Assembly (NCBI GenBank): GCA_964354495.1
Contig: CAYHAA010000004.1
Span: 167,208 to 199,207, forward strand
Length of the DNA stretch: 32,000 nt
Source of the DNA: an uncultured archaeon
GTDB taxonomy: Archaea > Asgardarchaeota > Thorarchaeia > Thorarchaeales > Thorarchaeaceae
Direction of reading: 5' to 3'
Shown: positions 26,560 through 32,000 of the stretch, one piece after another
Layout: each line of letters opens with the position of its first letter
Numbering within the stretch: position 1 is the first letter of the stretch
The notes under the pieces: generated by a model
Seen by the model: only the letters and a program-made list of their open reading frames with translations
What the model was told of the DNA's origin: nothing
Databases searched by the model: none
Position numbers and translations under genes: made by a program

Positions 26560-27387
26560 ATGGCACGTTCTCTCAGGTTTGTTTGGCTGTTGAAAAAGAC
26601 GTTCCCCGGTAGAAGGCTCATCGCCAAGATGACCAAGGCGCCCCTGTTGGGAAGAGCAATCGACAAGATGCTCTTCGATGGCGATGATATCATGTACCTT
26701 CCAAAGGACAGTGTCGTCCAGAAGACTATTCAGATTGGGAAGACACTGGAGAAACCTGAGGAGATAGCTCTCCCATCAGAGATTATACACCACTTCATCG
26801 ACAAAGCAACCTTTCACTGGATCATGAACTTCTGTATCTGCCGTGATGCCTCCAAGTGCAAAGACTACCCCATCGAGTACGGCTGCTTGTTTCTTGGAGA
26901 GGCTGCAAAGGACATCAATCCAAAACTGGGCCGTGAAGTGACCAAAGAGGAGGCTCACGAGTATCTGAATAAGTGCCGCGATGCCGGGCTTGTTCACCTC
27001 ATCGGTCGAAACAAGCTCGATGCAACATGGCTCGGAGTGTCACCTGGTGACAAGCTCCTGACGGTGTGTAATTGCTGCCCGTGCTGTTGTCTATGGAAGA
27101 TACTGCCTGACCTGAAATCAGAGATTGGCAGGAAGGTCACAAAGATGCCAGGGGTCGATGTAAGGGTCACTGATGCCTGCGTTGGCTGTGGAACCTGTAC
27201 TGAAGGAGTCTGCTTCGTAAATGCGATTGCACTGGTTGATGGCCGCTCAGTGATCAGTGACCAGTGCAGAGGGTGTGGCCGTTGCGTCGAAGTCTGTCCG
27301 GAGTCAGCAATCGAAATGACCATTGGAGACATGGACTTCGTGCGTAGCTCTGTCGATAGAGTGGACTCAGTTGTGGATGTGAAGTAG
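26560..27387 (+). CDS. 4Fe-4S ferredoxin-domain protein
   Basis: CICR...C, VCNCCPCCC, and two ferredoxin motifs (CVGCGTC...C and CRGCGRCVEVCP). Confidence 0.88.
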   Translation: MARSLRFVWLLKKTFPGRRLIAKMTKAPLLGRAIDKMLFDGDDIMYLPKDSVVQKTIQIGKTLEKPEEIALPSEIIHHFIDKATFHWIMNFCICRDASKCKDYPIEYGCLFLGEAAKDINPKLGREVTKEEAHEYLNKCRDAGLVHLIGRNKLDATWLGVSPGDKLLTVCNCCPCCCLWKILPDLKSEIGRKVTKMPGVDVRVTDACVGCGTCTEGVCFVNAIALVDGRSVISDQCRGCGRCVEVCPESAIEMTIGDMDFVRSSVDRVDSVVDVK

Positions 27388-27476
27388 TACATTTCCTGCT
27401 TGTGGGTAACTTTTTTACATGAGCAAAAGTGGGCCCACACTCAATACAAGGCTCGGAGCCTCAAGTGTGTGGTAAA

Positions 27477-28817
27477 ATGGTCACCAAGATTACTGTCGTC
27501 GGTCTAGGATATGTGGGGATTCCCTGTGCAGCACTCCTTGCAGATGTGGATGGGTTTCAGGTCACAGGACTCCAGAGACGCTCGAAAAGGTCAGGCTGGA
27601 AGATCGACCATTTGAATGCAGGCAAGTCTCCCTTTGAAGGAGATGAACCAGGACTGAATGAACTCGTAGCACGGGTTGTGAAGAAGGGTACATTCAGGGC
27701 AACTGATGATGTTGAGGTGCTGAAAGATTCAGAGGTCATCCTCATCGATGTGCAGACTCCTACGGACGCAGACCATATCCCGCAGTACGACTCTCTCAAG
27801 GAAGTATGCAAACAGATCGGAGAGCGACTCCAGAGAGGCACCCTTGTGGTGGTAGAGTCCACTGTTGCGCCAGGAACCACTCAGAACATAGTCCAGAAGA
27901 TAATCGAGGAGCAGTCTGGAATGACAGGCGGCAAGGACTTCGACCTTGCATTTGCCTACGAACGTGTCATGCCGGGGAAGCTCATTCATAACATTGTGAA
28001 CTTGCCCAGAATCGTTGGAGGAATCACACCCAAGAGCGCTAAGCGCGCCGAGGAGATGTACTCGAAAGTCGTGAAGGCAAAGATCCACGTGACCGATGTT
28101 CTCACCGCGGAGCTCTCGAAGACCATCGAGAATGCTTACAGGGACGTGAACATTGCCTTTGCTAACGAGATGGCTCTGGTCTGTGAGAACCTGGGGGTCA
28201 ATGTCTATGAGATCATCGAACTCGTAAACGAACTTCCCAGCAGAATGATGCACATCCCGGGAGCTGGGGTTGGAGGGCATTGCCTACCGAAGGATAGCTG
28301 GCTCCTAAGATATGGTCTCAACAAATATGGATTCCATAAGATGGAGCCGCGATTCATCACACTGGCGCGGGAGATCAATAATCATATGCCAGTACATATG
28401 GCACTCCTAGTGGAAGATGCCCTCAAGAAGAGGGGGAAATCAATCAAGGGTGCGACAGTCACAGTCCTTGGTGTAGCGTACCTTGAGAACGCTGATGACA
28501 CGAGAAACACTCCCGCGGCCGCATTCATTGCAGCCCTAGAGGAGAAGGGAGCGAAAGTGGTCCTGCATGACCCATACGTCCGAGAGTGGGACTTTGGACC
28601 TCATGTGATTGAACGCGACCTTCGAAAGGCAGCCAAGAACTCAGACTGTCTCGCTCTGGTGACGAAGCACAAGGACTACTTCAAACTCGATTTTGATAGC
28701 CTTCGAAAACTCATGCGTACACCTACATTTGTAGATGGACGAAATGTCTACAATGAGGAAGTTGTGACTGCGAAGGGCTTTGAGTATAGGGGAATCGGAA
28801 AGGCAGGCATTGAATAG
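27477..28817 (+). CDS. Nucleotide-sugar 6-dehydrogenase (UDP-ManNAc/UDP-GlcNAc dehydrogenase, WecC-like)
   Basis: VGLGYVG, VESTVAPGTT, ERVMPG, AELSKTIENAYRDVNIAFANE, catalytic GGHCLPKD. Start refined to ATG 27477. Confidence 0.92.
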   Translation: MVTKITVVGLGYVGIPCAALLADVDGFQVTGLQRRSKRSGWKIDHLNAGKSPFEGDEPGLNELVARVVKKGTFRATDDVEVLKDSEVILIDVQTPTDADHIPQYDSLKEVCKQIGERLQRGTLVVVESTVAPGTTQNIVQKIIEEQSGMTGGKDFDLAFAYERVMPGKLIHNIVNLPRIVGGITPKSAKRAEEMYSKVVKAKIHVTDVLTAELSKTIENAYRDVNIAFANEMALVCENLGVNVYEIIELVNELPSRMMHIPGAGVGGHCLPKDSWLLRYGLNKYGFHKMEPRFITLAREINNHMPVHMALLVEDALKKRGKSIKGATVTVLGVAYLENADDTRNTPAAAFIAALEEKGAKVVLHDPYVREWDFGPHVIERDLRKAAKNSDCLALVTKHKDYFKLDFDSLRKLMRTPTFVDGRNVYNEEVVTAKGFEYRGIGKAGIE

Positions 28818-28849
28818 TCGATGCTAGATTCGACACTGCCTCAATGATC

Positions 28850-28871
28850 CACCTCCTAGAACTGGGAGGTG
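28850..28871. terminator. GC-rich hairpin between convergent genes (possible terminator/processing structure)
   Basis: CACCTCC (28850-28856) pairs with GGAGGTG (28865-28871), extendable by T-G and A-T pairs around a GAAC loop. No U-tract follows. Confidence 0.4.
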
Positions 28872-28883
28872 CTCAGGACCTGT

Positions 28884-30125
28884 CTATGCGCCGTATTTGC
28901 CGATATAGCCAGAGTACCCAAGAAGCAGGGGCAGAACATCCATTCCACGGATAGTACCCAGACCACCCATTGCGGCATCAATCTCAGAGAATCGTTCCAC
29001 TGAATCAGGACGCATGAAGTCGGCCCATAGGACGAGAGGAACTGGGTCACAGGAGTGCTCCTTCACAGTCACAGGGGATGAGTGATCTCCGGTCACTGCA
29101 ATTACTATCTTGTCACCGACAGCCTTCAATATCTCTCCAACCAGAGCGTCCGTACGCTCGATTGCTAGAATCTTCTCTTTTGCGTTGCCATCGTGGCTGG
29201 CATTGTCTGTTGCCTTGATATGTACGAAGATGTAATCATAGCCGGACTTGATGCACTCGATGGCCTTCATGGCAATATTGTGGAAGTTGGTGTCAATGGT
29301 ACCAGTCTGTCCCTCCACTGGGACATGCTCCATGCCAACATACTTCGCGGTGCCAATATAGAGAGCGCCGCCAGCAATGACTGCTGCCTTGATTCCGTAC
29401 TTGTCTTTTAGCGTGGGAATCTCACCATGACGCCCGGGTCCTCTGAGCAGTATCGCATTAGCTAGAGGCGCGCAACGCTTCTTTCGCTCCTTGTTCAGAG
29501 GTAAGTCCTTCATCCGTCGATTAGCTTCAATCATCAGTTTGTTGACGATATCAGCAGTCTTCTGTGACTCAGGACTGAGAGCTTTACATGTGAGAATCTT
29601 CTTTCCTTCCTCGTGGGGGTCGACATCAGTGATGTCCGGGTAGAGACCAGGACCTCGAAGTACAAGAGCACCCCTGTGTTCCACGGTGGGAAGAAAGCAA
29701 ACTTGGACATCGTCGATCTTAATCCCATCGATTGCCGTCTGCAGGGCTGCCTGTTCCTCAGGGGTAAAGAAGCGACCGGCCCTTCTGTCGGTCACGACCA
29801 TCTTTGAGTCCACACTCGCAAAATTGGACCGGAATGCAATGTCTCCAGGTCTTGATTCAAGTCCCGAACCAAGGACCTCAAGAGGCCCTCGACCGGGATA
29901 ACTGCCATGAGGGTCATATCCGAATAAGGCGAGATGTGCAGTGTCAGAGCCAGGAGTGATTCCAGGTCCGATGACATCTATCAGAGCATTCTGACCCTCC
30001 CTTGCCAACCGGTCTAGGGTGGGTATCTTTGCAACCTGAAGGGGAGTCTTGCCACCAAGTTCAGGAGTGGGACGGTCGCCTAGGCCATCCATGACAACGA
30101 AGACTGCCTTGCGTTTGCCACTCAT
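28884..30125 (-). CDS. apgM: 2,3-bisphosphoglycerate-independent phosphoglycerate mutase, archaeal type
   Basis: DGLGDRP, PGSDTAHL, GRGPLE, AFRSNF, HIKATDNASHDG, VTGDHSSP, H..DPVP. Confidence 0.95.
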   Translation of the reverse strand: MSGKRKAVFVVMDGLGDRPTPELGGKTPLQVAKIPTLDRLAREGQNALIDVIGPGITPGSDTAHLALFGYDPHGSYPGRGPLEVLGSGLESRPGDIAFRSNFASVDSKMVVTDRRAGRFFTPEEQAALQTAIDGIKIDDVQVCFLPTVEHRGALVLRGPGLYPDITDVDPHEEGKKILTCKALSPESQKTADIVNKLMIEANRRMKDLPLNKERKKRCAPLANAILLRGPGRHGEIPTLKDKYGIKAAVIAGGALYIGTAKYVGMEHVPVEGQTGTIDTNFHNIAMKAIECIKSGYDYIFVHIKATDNASHDGNAKEKILAIERTDALVGEILKAVGDKIVIAVTGDHSSPVTVKEHSCDPVPLVLWADFMRPDSVERFSEIDAAMGGLGTIRGMDVLPLLLGYSGYIGKYGA

Positions 30126-30128
30126 AGA

Positions 30129-31427
30129 CTAGTATCTCCTCCAGGCAATCTTGTACTCTGAGCTTGGATAACCACACTCACCGCCTAGAAGGTCGTAAAT
30201 CTCGAGCAACCTGTTGTACTTCTCTACTCTGTCACTCCGTGCTGGTGCGCCAGTCTTGATTTGCCCGTTGGAGAGGGCAACTGAGAGGTCAGATATGAAG
30301 GTGTCACCGGTCTCTCCGCTTCTGTGGCTGACCACAACAGCCCATCCAGCCTCGTTCGCAAGCCGGGCAGCCTCAATCGCTTCGGTGATAGTTCCAATCT
30401 GGTTCACCTTCAGGAGAAGGGCTGTGCCTGCTCGCTCCTCGATTGCATGTTTGACAATCTCAGGGTTGGAAACAGTCAGGTCATCAGTGACCACCTGTGT
30501 CTTCGTGCGCTTGACGTAGGCGGAGAAGTCTTCAAAGGCCTCCTCATGGAAGGGGTCCTCCACGGTTGAGAGTGGATAGGTCTTCTCCAGATCAGTATAG
30601 AACTCGAGAAGCTCTGATGGCTTAAGCTGCTTTCCGTCTATCGTATACTTGCCTTCTTCGAAGAATGAACTTGCAGCTGCATCAATACCCAGCACCACAT
30701 CCTTCTTCGGTCTGTACCCAGCCTCCTCAATGGCCCCAACAATCGCATCAAACGCATCAGCGGTGGACTTCAGACCAAAGCCGCAGAAACCACCTTCGTC
30801 GCCGACATGTTTGGCCATCCTGCCATATTTCTTAATCATCATCTTTCCAAGGGTCTGATAGACCTCACTTATGCACCTGAGACCCTCGGGATAACTCTTG
30901 GGGCCCACTGGTAGAATCATGAACTCTTGGATTGTCAGGTCGTTCCCAGCATGCGCACCGCCGTTGATGACATTGGACATAGGAACCGGTTGTAGGTACT
31001 TGACCGGCTTTCCAATCACCTTTGTCCTCAGATACTCGAAAGGCTCCATCTTGAGGTACGATGCCGCTGCAACAGCAGTAGCCATAGAGACCGAGAGAAT
31101 GGAATTGGCTCCAACTTTCCCCTTCCCCTTGCTCGGGTCAATGGCCAAGAGCGCTTTATCAACAGCATCCTGTGAGAGTGGGTTCACGGTAACCATTGCC
31201 TCAGCAATAGTGGTGTTGACATGCTTCACTGCACGCGTAACGCCCTTGCCGCCGTACCGCTTGCCGCCATCACGAAGCTCCACTGCCTCATTTGTGCCTG
31301 TCGAAGCGCCACTGGGAACTCTGGCAGTACCTATCGCGCCGTTGGATAGCACCACCTTGGTCATCAGAGTTGGGTTTCCACGTGAATCAAGAATCTCGAT
31401 AGCATGGATCTTCGTAATCTCTACCAT
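30129..31427 (-). CDS. eno: Enolase
   Basis: EILDSRGNPT, PSGASTG..EA.ELRDG, GDEGG, LLKVNQIGT, SHRSGET, KTGAPARSDR. Start refined to ATG 31427 (GGTGA RBS). Confidence 0.97.
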   Translation of the reverse strand: MVEITKIHAIEILDSRGNPTLMTKVVLSNGAIGTARVPSGASTGTNEAVELRDGGKRYGGKGVTRAVKHVNTTIAEAMVTVNPLSQDAVDKALLAIDPSKGKGKVGANSILSVSMATAVAAASYLKMEPFEYLRTKVIGKPVKYLQPVPMSNVINGGAHAGNDLTIQEFMILPVGPKSYPEGLRCISEVYQTLGKMMIKKYGRMAKHVGDEGGFCGFGLKSTADAFDAIVGAIEEAGYRPKKDVVLGIDAAASSFFEEGKYTIDGKQLKPSELLEFYTDLEKTYPLSTVEDPFHEEAFEDFSAYVKRTKTQVVTDDLTVSNPEIVKHAIEERAGTALLLKVNQIGTITEAIEAARLANEAGWAVVVSHRSGETGDTFISDLSVALSNGQIKTGAPARSDRVEKYNRLLEIYDLLGGECGYPSSEYKIAWRRY

Positions 31428-31593
31428 CTTGGTCACCAGAACAGCATAATCATACTGCTGAATCTGAGAAACTCTGTAGCTTCTTTAATCTATGCTCATG
31501 TATGTGGATGCGACCTGCAAATGACATACACGTTCAGAGGATAAGCTCTATTATGGCCTGCATGTTCAGACAGGATAGCAGGTGGAATGACTG

Positions 31594-32000
31594 ATGGTCT
31601 TTGATACGCCCAATTCCAAGATTGTATGTACTATTGGTCCGGCATCCAGCTCGAAGGCTGTGCTCACAAGGATGATAGAGGAGGGCATGGACGTGGCTCG
31701 TCTCAACCTCTCCCATGGCGACCATGCGACAGTGAAGAGCGTCTTTGAGACGATACGGTCAATCGATGAGACTATACCGATTCTCTTCGACCTGCAGGGA
31801 CCTAAGATACGAATCGGTGAGATGAAGGCACCTGTTACACTCGTCTCTGGGAATGAATTCACCCTCTCCATTGAGGACTTTGTTGGAGACGAGACCAGAG
31901 TGTCCATCTCATACAAGAGCCTGCCAAAGGATGTCAAGAGGGGAAACATCATTGCTCTCAATGACGGCATCGTGAGGCTGAAGGTCAAGTCTGTCAAGGG
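31594..32000 (+). CDS. pyk: Pyruvate kinase, 3'-truncated by window edge (absent from the ORF track)
   Basis: Manual translation from ATG 31594: MVFDTPNSKIVCTIGPASSS...DVARLNLSHGDH...LFDLQGPKIRIG...ALNDGIVRL. GGTGGA RBS at 31581-31586. Confidence 0.96.
   Translation, partial: MVFDTPNSKIVCTIGPASSSKAVLTRMIEEGMDVARLNLSHGDHATVKSVFETIRSIDETIPILFDLQGPKIRIGEMKAPVTLVSGNEFTLSIEDFVGDETRVSISYKSLPKDVKRGNIIALNDGIVRLKVKSVK

Noticed and set aside
27729-28280. 183-aa minus-strand ORF
   Set aside because: Antisense to the nucleotide-sugar dehydrogenase.
31587-31604. 5-codon uORF overlapping the pyk start
   Set aside because: Too short to support; the RBS spacing fits ATG 31594.
30898-31997. 183-aa plus-strand and 143-aa minus-strand ORFs
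   Set aside because: Antisense shadows of eno and pyk respectively.
1-32000. Selenocysteine/pyrrolysine read-through, CRISPR arrays, tRNA/rRNA, IS elements
   Set aside because: No gene appears interrupted by an in-frame stop, and no repeat-spacer array, cloverleaf, rRNA-like stretch or transposase motif was seen by eye. A tRNAscan/Infernal run would be needed for certainty.

Overview
Gene-dense archaeal chromosomal window with frequent strand switching. Archaeal origin is supported by A/V-type ATPase subunits, archaeal-type ApgM and PyrF, TATA/BRE promoters and GGTGA/GGAGG ribosome-binding sites. The gene mix suggests an Asgard (Thorarchaeia-like) genome, but that is inference. Left to right: a GT4 glycosyltransferase (partial) coupled to a BshC-like ligase with a Zn-ribbon insert; a class I PLP aminotransferase; pyrF; an orphan membrane protein; a small conserved archaeal protein; a stand-alone HerA/FtsK-type ATPase with an unusual C-terminal domain; trmI; a small protein and a coiled-coil/winged-helix protein preceded by helically phased repeats; a 774-aa alpha-solenoid; a rearranged partial A/V-ATPase cluster (I, H/G, E, K, C) flanked by two small membrane proteins resembling ATPase assembly factors; a LarA-family protein; a glycerol-kinase-like FGGY kinase; a GIY-YIG nuclease; an NDP-sugar epimerase; a large UPF0182 membrane protein; a peptide deformylase; a 4Fe-4S protein; an NDP-sugar dehydrogenase; and lower glycolysis (apgM, eno, and pyk, which is truncated by the window edge and missing from the ORF track). 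I saw no tRNA, rRNA, CRISPR array or transposase. All family calls are by-eye motif recognition; no database searches were run.
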